Made by a program: the position numbers and the translations under genes. Below the pieces are notes generated by a model that saw only the letters and a program-made list of their open reading frames with translations, made no database searches and was not told the origin of the DNA. A stretch of 64,000 nt of DNA, taken from contig NC_134480.1 in the NCBI RefSeq assembly GCF_964194025.1, forward strand, positions 35,898,001 through 35,962,000, written 5' to 3'. The stretch is from Convolutriloba macropyga (lineage: Eukaryota). Positions 12,172 to 22,437 of this stretch are shown one piece after another (position 1 is the stretch's first letter; every line of letters starts with the position of its first letter).

Positions 12172-13050
12172 CTAAGTCGAGTTAAACTTTTCAAATTGCT
12201 CACACCAGTCCTCTGGTTTATTGCCATAAACTTTGCTCACAAATTGCAAAACTTTTTGTTTGTCAACCATTGCTAGAAGTCGATTTCCCAAATACACTTT
12301 GGCATTCATTATCGGATCAAAAGTTGAGCTCTGATTTGCCGCCACGTTGTTTTCCTCTTTTTCAATTTTCAAATACCCCTCCTTGACCAATCGCTTTGTT
12401 AGAAATGATCGAATATCTCCGAAAACTTCATGTGGTATGTTTTCCTCAATTCCAAGAGATTTCAGTCCTATGAGGAGCGTCGAGTAAGTAATTGATTCTC
12501 CATTCATTAATACAGAACAAGCAATGATCCACAGTAGTCCCATTTTCGTAGATTGTTCTTGATCGAAACGAAAATGAGGATTTCCACTAGAATTAATATC
12601 ATCATCAGTGTATTGTTTTGTGATAATGAATTTATCTTTAATGAATTCTCGCACTGTATATCCATATTTTTCCTCCAATTTCGCAGTTACATCAGTAATC
12701 ATTTTTCTGTTGAGGTCAACGTTGATATGCGTTTTCATATTGGCTTTGGTGACAGGCACTTGATGATTGCAGCTAATGAGGAAGTAATTGCACACTTTTT
12801 TTAATTGCTCTTCGTAGTGAAGATTATTCACACTAATTGTACTCTGACTCACCGATGACTGTGAGTCGACTTCCATACTCTCCTCATCACTAGCAACAAC
12901 TGCACGCCTTTTAGAAGCTCCAACTTTACCTTTTCTCAAATTTGCTAACGGTTCTGAACTTTGAGATGACTGGGAAAGCGTTGTCCTTGAGTCACTCGAC
13001 TCTTCTCGTCTCTTATTCTTTCCACTTTGAGATTCGCGCAACTTTGGCAT
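12172..13050 (-). CDS. NSMCE3: MAGE-homology-domain protein (NSE3/NSMCE3/MAGE-G1-like SMC5/6 subunit), single coding exon
   Basis: MAGE motifs PVTKANM, LEEKYGY, KMGLLWIIACSVLMNG, HEVFGDIRSFLTKRLVKEGYL, LGNR...KQKVLQFVSKVYG..PEDW after a Ser/basic disordered N-terminus. Likely start is ATG 13050 (MPKLRES), just after a TTGTTCAG acceptor. Confidence 0.88.
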   Translation of the reverse strand: MPKLRESQSGKNKRREESSDSRTTLSQSSQSSEPLANLRKGKVGASKRRAVVASDEESMEVDSQSSVSQSTISVNNLHYEEQLKKVCNYFLISCNHQVPVTKANMKTHINVDLNRKMITDVTAKLEEKYGYTVREFIKDKFIITKQYTDDDINSSGNPHFRFDQEQSTKMGLLWIIACSVLMNGESITYSTLLIGLKSLGIEENIPHEVFGDIRSFLTKRLVKEGYLKIEKEENNVAANQSSTFDPIMNAKVYLGNRLLAMVDKQKVLQFVSKVYGNKPEDWCEQFEKFNST

Positions 13051-13109
13051 CTCAATCTGAACAATAGGTTTTGAAAGGAACAAATTAACTGAGTTGAAGG
13101 AAGCAATTT

Positions 13110-13720
13110 TACAGACCACTTACTGAAGTCAGTTTTAAGCAAAATGGCTAATGCCATTCGTTCTTTGTATCTTGTAAGAAATCAAATTCCTTTGAAAGTA
13201 AGAATTGATCTTCTCAAGTCAGTTGTACTCTCTCATCTTTCTTTCAGTGGAGTATTCCTTCAAACTCTTACAGCACAAAACATAAACCGCATAAACAGGC
13301 AAATTAACTGGGGAATAAAAGTTTGTTATTTTCGACAAAAATTTGACCATTCCATTGATCGTCTCATTAAGGATCGTATCCTGCCAGCCGAATTGTTTCT
13401 CAAAAGTTAGCCTAATGAAGCTACAAACAGATATAAGACACAGGGAAACATCCGAAAATTTTAAAATGTCTACTAGTCGCCATAACGCTAGACAGAACAA
13501 GAGAACAAATCAAATTATTTTAAAGAAAACGAAAATGAAGTGGAGTAACAAATCTTTAATCTTGAAAAGCGTTCAAAAATGGAACAAATTGCCCTCCTCA
13601 GTAAGAATTCAATAGTCAAACTTGCTTGAAAAATGTTTTAAGCGAGTTCTTGCTCGATCAACACAAGAAGTACCCGTTAATAGACAAATAGGAGCCTTTA
13701 AATCCTATTTTTACTTATGA
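13110..13720 (+). mobile_element. Non-LTR retrotransposon (LINE, CR1/L2-like) ORF2 3' fragment
   Basis: SKMANAIRSLYLVRNQIPLK...SVVLSHLSF...INWGIKVC...SVQKWNKLPSSVR is typical of the post-RT C-terminus; frameshifted near 13400. Confidence 0.8.
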
Positions 13721-14877
13721 GAACGAACAGCCACAATTTGATTATTATTTTAATGACAATGCTGATTAATTTATTCAACATTTTAAAGCATGTAGATATC
13801 TAGCCTTAGGGTTATATCTGAGTAATTTACATGTTTCGAAAAAAAGTGAGAACAAAAGATCAAAAGTGACCGAAAAATCAGTTTGAATTTGCGTCAATGC
13901 CCAACGCTAAAAATTTTAATTGTTGCTTATGTTATTACTACTATTTAGCTTAAAATTTTTTCATTGAGTCAGACAGTATTCATGTAATTTTTTGGAACAA
14001 GTAAAGTAAAATTATAACTATATGGTTAAATATACTTGAAACAAAAATGCAACAAACCATTCAAGCAAAATAATAAACATCACTCAATTTTCTTAAAGAA
14101 TCACATTATAATATTTTTTTCAAATTGTCTTCTTCCTAAAAAACTCCTTTTAAAAGCTCCTACTATAGTAGCCACCCGTGCGCAGTACTCTCTGTCTTTG
14201 GCTAATTGAGCGTGCTACCTGTTTAAAAGGCAAAGGTAGAAGTTGAACTATTAAGAAGATCAATGTGAAAAAAATTGGTTTAAGTAAATTTAGCTTTAAT
14301 AGAGTGGTTAGCTCCGATGGTAGGTCTGGTGTTCAATGAATAATTTTAATAGCTAAAAAGAGTTAAATTTCGAAATAAAATTGTTACATTACTCGAACGT
14401 TTTCGCAATAACTTGCATCGTCAGGAATTTAAATCTTGTTCAGTAATTATTTACAGATATGCATATATACAGCAACGTGTCATGATTATCTATTTACATT
14501 TTCAAGTTTTTCTAAAATTTTTACAGGTTTTAAACTTAAAGTGTGTTAAGATGATAAAAGAACTTTAAAACTTTTAATATAAGTCTTTTTCTGTATGAGT
14601 TTTGAATAGGAGATTCCGCTTTGATCCACAATATAACGTTGCTCGCATAGCAATTCGAAAAATTTTAGGCAGAACATGCTTTCTGCACTTCAGATTCATT
14701 TTCCTACTTTTGTTTTTGTCCCGCGTATTCAGTTATGGCTTGCGTCTACTATTGTGTAGAGCTTCTATGGTCATAAAAAATTTGCTATCCTGGCACTGAT
14801 CAATTATATTAAGAACACTATATAAGAGTACTAAGACACTAAATTACCAAGTTAAAAGCTAAATTCTTCTGTGAATT

Positions 14878-15178
14878 TCAGCGGCAACAGATATGAAGAT
14901 GGATTCTATGGAACAAAGGGTAAACAGAATTGGGTAATAATTGAGTATCAGCTTTAGGACAATTAAAGTCATTATTGCAACATAGTTTCAATACTGTTTC
15001 TGGCTTAGAAGGGAATTACTCTGTGACTATATAATCCTCCATGACGAAGGGATATTTTTCTATTTTTTTGGAAGAATGATAGAAGATTTCAAGGAGCAGT
15101 GAAGTAGGGTATGTGTCATTTTATCCTGTATTCAACACTAACAAGCCCAAAAGAGGTAGAAGACAAAGAAATGCAGGG
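14878..15178 (+). mobile_element. BEL/Pao retrotransposon remnant, left part (interrupted by the gypsy element)
   Basis: Decayed GNRYE, LGNN*VSALGQLKSL, KGY and GYVSFYPVFNTNKPKRGRR..NA, corresponding to BEL LPNN...ALxxLxSL and WYLPHHPVFNPNKPGKVR. Confidence 0.75.
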
Positions 15179-15566
15179 TGTCATACATCATAAATTAATT
15201 TAGTGCAGTAAATTTATCATACGATGTATTTAATTTATTTAGTGTACTTATTCCTGAGGGGCATGTGTTGCTCCCATCTCCCATAGCGGGAAATTAGTGT
15301 TCACGTTTTGTTATGACTTCTGGAATACCAGTTGACTTAATCTTCATTCTCTTAGTTTTGCACTTCGCGTACAGTTGCTCAATTTAACTTATTCTTCATT
15401 AACTGTCTTTACAAATCGAGTAAAGTAAACAAATAGTCCTTACGCGATTCGCTAAGCTGATTCATTTAGAAATTGTGTAAAGCGCACTCGCCGCGCAAGT
15501 ACGACATAGAACATAAACGCAACTCTTGACTCAAGATCAAGTACGCAATTTCATCCGCGTACGACA
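15179..15566 (+). repeat. 5' LTR (388 bp)
   Basis: Direct repeat of 22013-22432; about 14 substitutions counted by eye plus a 32-bp deletion. Confidence 0.95.
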
Positions 15567-16490
15567 TGGCGCAGTCAGCAGCTCAGAAGCGGACCCCACT
15601 TGGCATTGAGCCATTTTGGGATAAACCTAGTGTAGACCCGCCGCTGAAATGGGAAAAGTGGCAGATGCAGGCCAAGTTAGCTCTTCTTGCGAAGGAAAAT
15701 ATTACAATAGACACTTTGTTGGAACCAAAACCCGAAACAGTGCAACTACCACTTGAACCGATCTATGAGGTTACGATAACAGGATCATCGGCACAATCGG
15801 AGAGGGAAAGATTGGCGAGGAACGCTCAATCAAAAATGAACTGGGAAAATCGGTGTCAGAGACAACTGGAGATAGGAATAATGTGCGGACACAAACCATG
15901 GGCACAGGCCGATCGAAAGACTGTGTCAATGCTATACCTCAGTTTGGGCACTGAACGACGTCGAATTGTTTGTAGCCAAAGCCACACCTCAAGATGGACA
16001 GCATTTATTCGTCAGCGCAATATCACATTTGATAGATATGTACTTCTCACCACAAAATAGACAACAGTAGAGTCAATCAAACATTTCTTCGGAAAATTGA
16101 AAGAACTTTCTGAGAATTGTGAGCTCGGAAGTCAAGAAGACACCCTCATCAGAGATTTATTTATTGCAAATATGTTAGATCCAGAAAATCAACGGGAATT
16201 GTTGCGAGAAAGCATTACGTTTGGCCATAAATATGGAACTAGGTTAAAGAAACCAACTACTAATTACAAACTCGCAATCTGCTCCGCAAGTTAATGCAAT
16301 AATTCCTCAACGATCTTTTCGACCACCGAATCAACGGCCGACTACATCTAGCTTTCCTCGATCACCAAACCAACTCTGCAGGAACTGTGGCTTAACTTGG
16401 TCAGCTAATCATAAAGTCAAGTGTATTGCGAGAGGCAAGACTTGCAATAATTGTGGCCTCCAAAACCATTTTTCGCGAGTGTGCAGAAAA
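15566..16490 (+). pseudogene. Gypsy gag (disrupted), two zinc knuckles
   Basis: ORFs 15566-16060 and 16097-16294, plus the pol frame from 16212; CRNCGLTWSANHKVKC and CNNCGLQNHFSRVC; stops at 16058 and 16245, frameshift near 16210. Confidence 0.88.
15567..15581 (+). promoter_or_regulatory. Primer-binding site, probably tRNA-Ser
   Basis: TGGCGCAGTCAGCAG directly after the LTR-terminal CA; complementary to the ...CTGxxGACTGCG-CCA type 3' end of animal tRNA-Ser. Confidence 0.7.
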
Positions 16491-17858
16491 CAGAAGTCAT
16501 CATCAAACAAATCTAGTCGCTCTAATGTTAACTCCGTTGAAGAAACTACAACTGACCAAACGGTAAACGCTATACAAAATATGAATTATAACCCGCAATG
16601 CGAATCGAACTACGATAGCTCAGATGACAATATGGTCTCTAGCATCGCAAGTAACGCAATACAGATCGAACCAAAGAACACCATCTTACAAACTGGTAAC
16701 ACCCACGTTGGACTTCTCAGTGATTCAGGCAGTGTATGCAGTATTTTGCCCGAGTCTCTTGCTTCGGAAATTGTGGAAAATTCTCCCCTTGCTCGTTGGC
16801 TGATGATAGCGCCTCCCCAGGAACTCAAAACATTTTCAAGCGAACCCATAAACGTGACGGGTATGATACAGGCAAAAATTGCGAGCAATGGATGGCGACT
16901 TGAGGAAGCTGAATTTGTAGTAGTCCGTGATGGGCTAAAACCACTAGTGGGTAGAGATCTATTTGACGCTCTCGGAGTCTCAGTAACTCAAATCCCAAAA
17001 CATGAAGGTAGTATGGTCAACACTATCACATCTCAATGTCCATTTAAAACACGTATCGCACAACAATTTCCTCAACTTATTACACGTATTGGTCGCTCAA
17101 AAATACACATTGTCAAATCTATATTCCATCGAAATTATCAGCCAAAACATCAAAAGGGTATAAGAGTACCCATTAATTTACAAGAACGAGTAAATAATGA
17201 AATTAAAAAACTTCTTGTAGAGGGACATATAGAAAAACTGAATAACTGTTCTGAGCAATATTTTTTTTCACCTATTGTAATCACAGTCAAACGAGATCAA
17301 ACCATAAAGTTAGCACTAGATTCTAAAACCCTTAACAAAGCAATACACAAGAACAAATATCAGATGCCAAATATTGAAACACTTTTGGATTCGATATCAC
17401 AAATAATAACAAACTACAAAACAGAACCAGCGGAACAAATATATTTCTCTACTATTGATCTTAAATATGCATACAGCCAAATAAACTTACACCCTGAAAC
17501 TGCTAATCATTGTAATTTTAATATTGTAAGTGGTGACATGACAGGCACATATCGATTCAGGACGGGATTCTACGGTCTTACAGACATGCCTGCCGAGTTT
17601 CAGAAGGCAATGGATTACACCCTGATTGGAGTTAAAAATACATTCTGTTTCTTAGACGACATTTTAATTGTTAGCAAAGGTTCAGAAGATGATCACTTCC
17701 AACTTGTATTAGATTGTCTTAAAAAATTGGATGCAGATAACCTTCGAATTAACCTTCCGAAATGCCACTTTGCGAAACAACAATTTTCCTGGTTAGGATA
17801 TAATATAACTCAATCTGGGATATCGCCAATCGAATCCAAAACATCCTCTATTATGTAA
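16479..17858 (+). CDS. Gypsy pol part 1: aspartic protease and reverse transcriptase
   Basis: LLSDSGS protease motif; FSTIDLKYAYSQ, FYGLTDMPAEFQ and FLDDILI RT motifs; premature in-frame TAA at 17856. Confidence 0.93.
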   Translation: MCRKQKSSSNKSSRSNVNSVEETTTDQTVNAIQNMNYNPQCESNYDSSDDNMVSSIASNAIQIEPKNTILQTGNTHVGLLSDSGSVCSILPESLASEIVENSPLARWLMIAPPQELKTFSSEPINVTGMIQAKIASNGWRLEEAEFVVVRDGLKPLVGRDLFDALGVSVTQIPKHEGSMVNTITSQCPFKTRIAQQFPQLITRIGRSKIHIVKSIFHRNYQPKHQKGIRVPINLQERVNNEIKKLLVEGHIEKLNNCSEQYFFSPIVITVKRDQTIKLALDSKTLNKAIHKNKYQMPNIETLLDSISQIITNYKTEPAEQIYFSTIDLKYAYSQINLHPETANHCNFNIVSGDMTGTYRFRTGFYGLTDMPAEFQKAMDYTLIGVKNTFCFLDDILIVSKGSEDDHFQLVLDCLKKLDADNLRINLPKCHFAKQQFSWLGYNITQSGISPIESKTSSIM

Positions 17859-20800
17859 TTAAAACCACCTAATAGACATAAAAAATTACGCTCATTCCTC
17901 GGCTCAGTCCACTATATTAGTAAATTTATTCCCAATTTAGCTCAACTTTGCCATCCTTTAAGACCTCTACTTTGTAAGTCCACTAAATACATTTGGACTG
18001 ACACTCATACACTATATTTTAATGCCATTAAAACTCGCATAGCAAATCATACAGAAAACATTCACTATAACCCCCAACTTGAAACACGAATTAAATGTGA
18101 TGCTTCTCGCTTCGGATTGGGAGCAGCACTAGAACAATTAACAGTTGACGGTTGGAAGCCGATATCTTTTGCATCCGGATTTTTAAACAGTAGTGAAGAA
18201 CGTTATAGTATTAACGAATTAGAACTTCTTGGGGTAGTTTGGTCCATAGAATATTTTAAAAATTATTTGTATGGTAAAGAATTCACTGTTATCACTGATC
18301 ACCGCGCATTAATTTCCATTTTAAAAGAACATCGATCAAATAAAAGTTACAATAGTAGGTTATCACGATGGGTTGATCGTCTTTTGCCTTATCAATTCTC
18401 AATAGAGCATCTACCTGGCGCGAAAATGGGACTAGTTGATTACATATCTCGTAATCCATATCAACCAGCAAAAAGTGTTTCCAAATATGACGAGGAATTT
18501 TTAGTTGCAACATTATCGAGCATACATTCTGATGCTCAATTACTTCAACAAAAACACAATCTCTCAGCTAATTCATTTCATAAATTATATATTGATATTG
18601 ATGGTGAACATAAAAATTCCACCACCAATACAGCACAAGTTTTAACCATAAATTACGTAACACCAAATCCTCAACCTGAAATTCATGATTTACTCGCCCT
18701 GCGAAACGATAGTTCAAAATTCTATTCAAAACAAACCTCTAATTCAGACATAAATTCCGCCCAGCGTGTACGCTTAACAAATGTTAGTTCAAATCTCGCC
18801 CCGCGAAACAATAGTTCAAAATTCTGTTCAAAACAAACTTCCAATTTAGACATAAATTCCGCCCAGCATGTACGCTTAACAAATAATAGTTCGAATCTCG
18901 CGGCGCAAAAATACAACTCTAATGTAACCTCCTTTAAATTGAATCATCCGTATGGTACACACGCCCCGCACGTACCTTTAACTAATAATTCTAAATCATT
19001 CGCAGATCAAAAACATAACTTATTTCTCCATTCCACTAATAGTATTAATTGTACTAGTGCACATGATCAGCGAGTACATTCAAGTCAAAATGATTCCGTA
19101 TTCGCTCATACATATCCTACTTCAAAAGTTCACACTTCTAATTTAAGTAATACCACCTCCGATCTCGCATCGCGAGTACGCTTTTCCTTTAACAATTTAA
19201 CACCCGCCCGGCATAATACTTTATTATTTACTCAAAAGACTAGAATGCATTCCTCAGATGACTTTTTTGCAAAGCAAGTTACTAAATACTCAATTCACTC
19301 TAAATCTGCGTCACATAGTCTACCATTTACAACTAATCCTGTACAAATTGAGTCTCAAATGCTAGTAAACACAAGAAAAGCGTCACTCGCTTACCAAAAT
19401 GCTTCCAAATTTACTCCATTAAGTCATTCTCACTTGTCAATCAAAAATCAGCCTCAAATTCCTACTTTTTTCAGTAAGCCACACTCAAATACTTTAAATA
19501 ACTCACGTGTTCAATTAACAATCAACAATCAAGTGTTTTTTGCCCAAACTCAACCTGAAATTCAGTTGTCTTCCTCTTTGTCAATTAACTTAATTGAAAA
19601 AACTCAACTCTCATCAACAATGAGTCAACAAGCTTCATCTCTCAAGGGAAAATCACTCTCCTCCCGAACAACCAGAGCTTCGCCTCGCGTGTCATTCACC
19701 GACAATGCAACCACAAGTACGCCACGCAGATCCTCCTCGCATTCAAATTTAAGCACCCCACTAACGGATAGTCCCCAAGTAATGTCTTTTGAACGAGTGG
19801 TGGGAAAAGTATTTAGCAAAGGTCTAATTGCATCACTCACAAGCAAGGACGCAGTTCTGAAAGAGGTTCGGGACTGCATAATTCGGGGAGATGAAGAAAG
19901 ACTAAAGGCCCTCAACTCGTATCTTTATAGCTATTGGCGGGACCTTCATGTGACTGGCGGGTGTGTTTGTATGGACGAGAAGGTGGCCATTCCGAATGCA
20001 CTCAAAGATGCCCTCATTGACGATTTACATGCGAGTCACCCAGGTAGCTGGGGGATGATATGTATGGCTCAGCACTGCTGGTGGCCATACGTGAATCGTG
20101 ATTTGCTTGTCAAAGCAATAGAGTGCAAATCTTGCACTGCTATCGGAAAAAATTTAAAATCTGTCATTCCCGCAAAACAATTTAAAGCACATACACCATG
20201 TATAGTTCCAAACCAAGAAATACAAATAGATTTTGCAGGGCCCATTAATAACGAAAAAGAACATGAAATATACATTTTAACATGCATTGATAGATTTTTA
20301 AAATACCTTTCTGCAGAACTGGTTGATAATGCAAATTCCTCGAATGTCATAAAATTCTTGAATAATTATATACAACCTCATGGAGTTCCTCGTTCCTTAA
20401 GAATAGATCAAGCTCGTTGTCTTGTAGGTAACCAAGTAAAAATTTTTTGTACAAAAAATAACATCAGACTAATACCAGCTCCGGCAAATGATCATCGTGC
20501 AATAGGTTTAGTTGAACGATTTATTGGTACTATTAAACAACGCTTGGCATGTATAAAAGACGCAAATAAAGAAGTAAATTCGTTCACCATTAAAGCAGCA
20601 TTAAAATCAATTATATACCAACTTCGCATATGTAAACATAGAACAACTAAGCTTTCGCCATTCGAATCTCACTTCGGGCGTAAAGCTAATACACCAATTA
20701 GTAATATAAGTACTCAACCAAACTCATCTGACTTATGTTATGAAAAAATTTTGAATCATTATTTAGATGAAGAAACTGTAACCCCTAATGAATTGCTGCC

Positions 20801-21824
20801 GGAGGAACACTGGGGAAACAGCCGGACTGACGACGAAATTGAACGCAATATGTGTAAGGCGGCAAAGGATGCCACCACTCGCGAACAGCTAGCAACTGAT
20901 AATGAATCCGGTTTCCTTCGCACCACGCAAGCGCATCGCCCACTTCCATTGAAAGAACACGCCGTACGGTTAAACATTGCCCGAAAGAAACACCTTCATA
21001 AGAGATCCAAGAAGAATCTGGACGGCTTGTATGAGGTGTTGGCCCCAGGATTGGTAGTACAAAAGAACGATCAATACACTTCGGTTATTCGCGAGCCGGG
21101 AAAGATGGAAGTGACAGTACGCAATAGTGATATTGCAAAATTGGGTACTCGGGAAGAACGAAAAACCAAATTAACCGACTACATAAACCGCCGAGGACCC
21201 CGCACGCACGAGAAAACAACTGAGGCTAAGATACTTAGCCACATCAAAGAGTGTACCCGCATACAAAAAGGAGACCGAAAAATGAAGCATCGAAAACGAG
21301 AAACTGGTAGTGGTGTATCCTCAAATAAATCTAACATTGCTCGCGCAATGCGAGTACGCATGCCTAAAGTTCCAGACAATTTCGCTCCCCAAGCAATACC
21401 CGAAATTCCAGAGGCTGCTCCCGAACAGCAAATTATAACTGGAGAAGTATTAATTGCACCCCCTCATACAAATACTCAACAAGAAGCACTCTTATCATCT
21501 CTTTCAGTTCCAACAACAACATTACCCCATAATCTGACAAGAACAACCAAACGGACTAGAAAAAGTCCTAAATATTATGGATATGATAAAGAAGATTCAT
21601 CTGGTGAATCCACTACTTCGTGTCCTCCAAACTTTGCTCCACCTCGTAGGAAGCGACGCGTAGGCGACATCGAATCGATACAACCTTCGGTTGTACAAAC
21701 AAATGTTGATACAGCTACCCGGGTTGAACCAATCGCAAACGACTTTCCCTCGCCTATCATAGGACAGGTGTCATCGACGAACACCGTATACGACCAGCCG
21801 ACCACAGCACTTCAAATGAACTAA
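17859..21824 (+). CDS. Gypsy pol part 2: RNase H, ~420-aa repeat insert, integrase, long C-terminal tail
   Basis: Same frame as RT. CDAS, ELELLGVVW and TDHRAL (RNase H); LHASHPG...CKSC, QIDFAG, RIDQA and GLVER (integrase). Confidence 0.93.
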   Translation, partial: LKPPNRHKKLRSFLGSVHYISKFIPNLAQLCHPLRPLLCKSTKYIWTDTHTLYFNAIKTRIANHTENIHYNPQLETRIKCDASRFGLGAALEQLTVDGWKPISFASGFLNSSEERYSINELELLGVVWSIEYFKNYLYGKEFTVITDHRALISILKEHRSNKSYNSRLSRWVDRLLPYQFSIEHLPGAKMGLVDYISRNPYQPAKSVSKYDEEFLVATLSSIHSDAQLLQQKHNLSANSFHKLYIDIDGEHKNSTTNTAQVLTINYVTPNPQPEIHDLLALRNDSSKFYSKQTSNSDINSAQRVRLTNVSSNLAPRNNSSKFCSKQTSNLDINSAQHVRLTNNSSNLAAQKYNSNVTSFKLNHPYGTHAPHVPLTNNSKSFADQKHNLFLHSTNSINCTSAHDQRVHSSQNDSVFAHTYPTSKVHTSNLSNTTSDLASRVRFSFNNLTPARHNTLLFTQKTRMHSSDDFFAKQVTKYSIHSKSASHSLPFTTNPVQIESQMLVNTRKASLAYQNASKFTPLSHSHLSIKNQPQIPTFFSKPHSNTLNNSRVQLTINNQVFFAQTQPEIQLSSSLSINLIEKTQLSSTMSQQASSLKGKSLSSRTTRASPRVSFTDNATTSTPRRSSSHSNLSTPLTDSPQVMSFERVVGKVFSKGLIASLTSKDAVLKEVRDCIIRGDEERLKALNSYLYSYWRDLHVTGGCVCMDEKVAIPNALKDALIDDLHASHPGSWGMICMAQHCWWPYVNRDLLVKAIECKSCTAIGKNLKSVIPAKQFKAHTPCIVPNQEIQIDFAGPINNEKEHEIYILTCIDRFLKYLSAELVDNANSSNVIKFLNNYIQPHGVPRSLRIDQARCLVGNQVKIFCTKNNIRLIPAPANDHRAIGLVERFIGTIKQRLACIKDANKEVNSFTIKAALKSIIYQLRICKHRTTKLSPFESHFGRKANTPISNISTQPNSSDLCYEKILNHYLDEETVTPNELLPEEHWGNSRTDDEIERNMCKAAKDATTREQLATDNESGFLRTTQAHRPLPLKEHAVRLNIARKKHLHKRSKKNLDGLYEVLAPGLVVQKNDQYTSVIREPGKMEVTVRNSDIAKLGTREERKTKLTDYINRRGPRTHEKTTEAKILSHIKECTRIQKGDRKMKHRKRETGSGVSSNKSNIARAMRVRMPKVPDNFAPQAIPEIPEAAPEQQIITGEVLIAPPHTNTQQEALLSSLSVPTTTLPHNLTRTTKRTRKSPKYYGYDKEDSSGESTTSCPPNFAPPRRKRRVGDIESIQPSVVQTNVDTATRVEPIANDFPSPIIGQVSSTNTVYDQPTTALQMN

Positions 21825-22012
21825 TCATTGATGAAGAAGACATGTGAAAACTCTGATCCATTAAAAACGATACATTATTAATTATGACTAGCTATGATAA
21901 CCAGTAAATATATTGTTGATACTATTTAACCGGTGAATAAGTATTATTATTATTCATAATGTTATTAAAATTTTACTTTATGCAATTTTAATTTTCTTTG
22001 AAGCGGGAGAAA

Positions 22013-22432
22013 TGTCATACATCATAAATTAATTTAGTGCAGTAAATTTATCATACGATGTACTTAATTCATTTAGTGTACTTATTCCTGAGAGGCATGT
22101 GTATAAGTCATTGTTATTTCACATGCTAGTCTGTTGCTCCCATCTCCCATAGCGGGAAATTAGTGTTCACGTTTTGTCATGACTTCTGGAATACCAGTTG
22201 CCTTAATCTTCATTCTCTTAGTTTTGCACTTCGCGTACAGTCGCTCAATTTAACTTATTCTTCATTAACTGTCTTTTCAAATCGAGTAAAGTAAACAAAT
22301 AGTCCTTACGCGTTTCGCTAAGCGGATTCATTTAGAAATTGTGTAAAGCGCACTCGCCGCGCAAGTAGGACGTAGAACATAAACTCAACTCGCGACTCAA
22401 GATCAAGTACGCAATTTCATCCGCGTACGACA
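22013..22432 (+). repeat. 3' LTR (420 bp), preceded by polypurine tract GAAGCGGGAGAAA (22000-22012)
   Basis: TGTCATAC...GTACGACA followed by TSD CAGGG. Confidence 0.95.
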
Positions 22433-22437
22433 CAGGG

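Larger units (their letters stand above)
15179..22432 (+). mobile_element. Full-length Ty3/gypsy (Mag-like) LTR retrotransposon, gag-pol interrupted by stops and frameshifts
   Basis: TG...CA LTRs at 15179-15566 and 22013-22432, 5-bp TSD CAGGG (15174-15178 and 22433-22437), PBS, PPT; domain order Gag (2 zinc knuckles)-PR-RT-RH-IN. Confidence 0.96.

Noticed and set aside
13051-13119. N-terminal extension of the MAGE ORF from a GTG start
   Set aside because: Non-ATG start that runs through a splice acceptor and into the LINE fragment.
16610-21805. Antisense ORFs within the gypsy element (and similar ones in the ATG2, BAHD1 and MAGE genes)
   Set aside because: Shadow ORFs of real coding sequence, without independent support.
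18525-21824. Envelope gene in the gypsy element
   Set aside because: No signal peptide, transmembrane segment or separate ORF; only ~190 bp lie between the pol stop and the 3' LTR.
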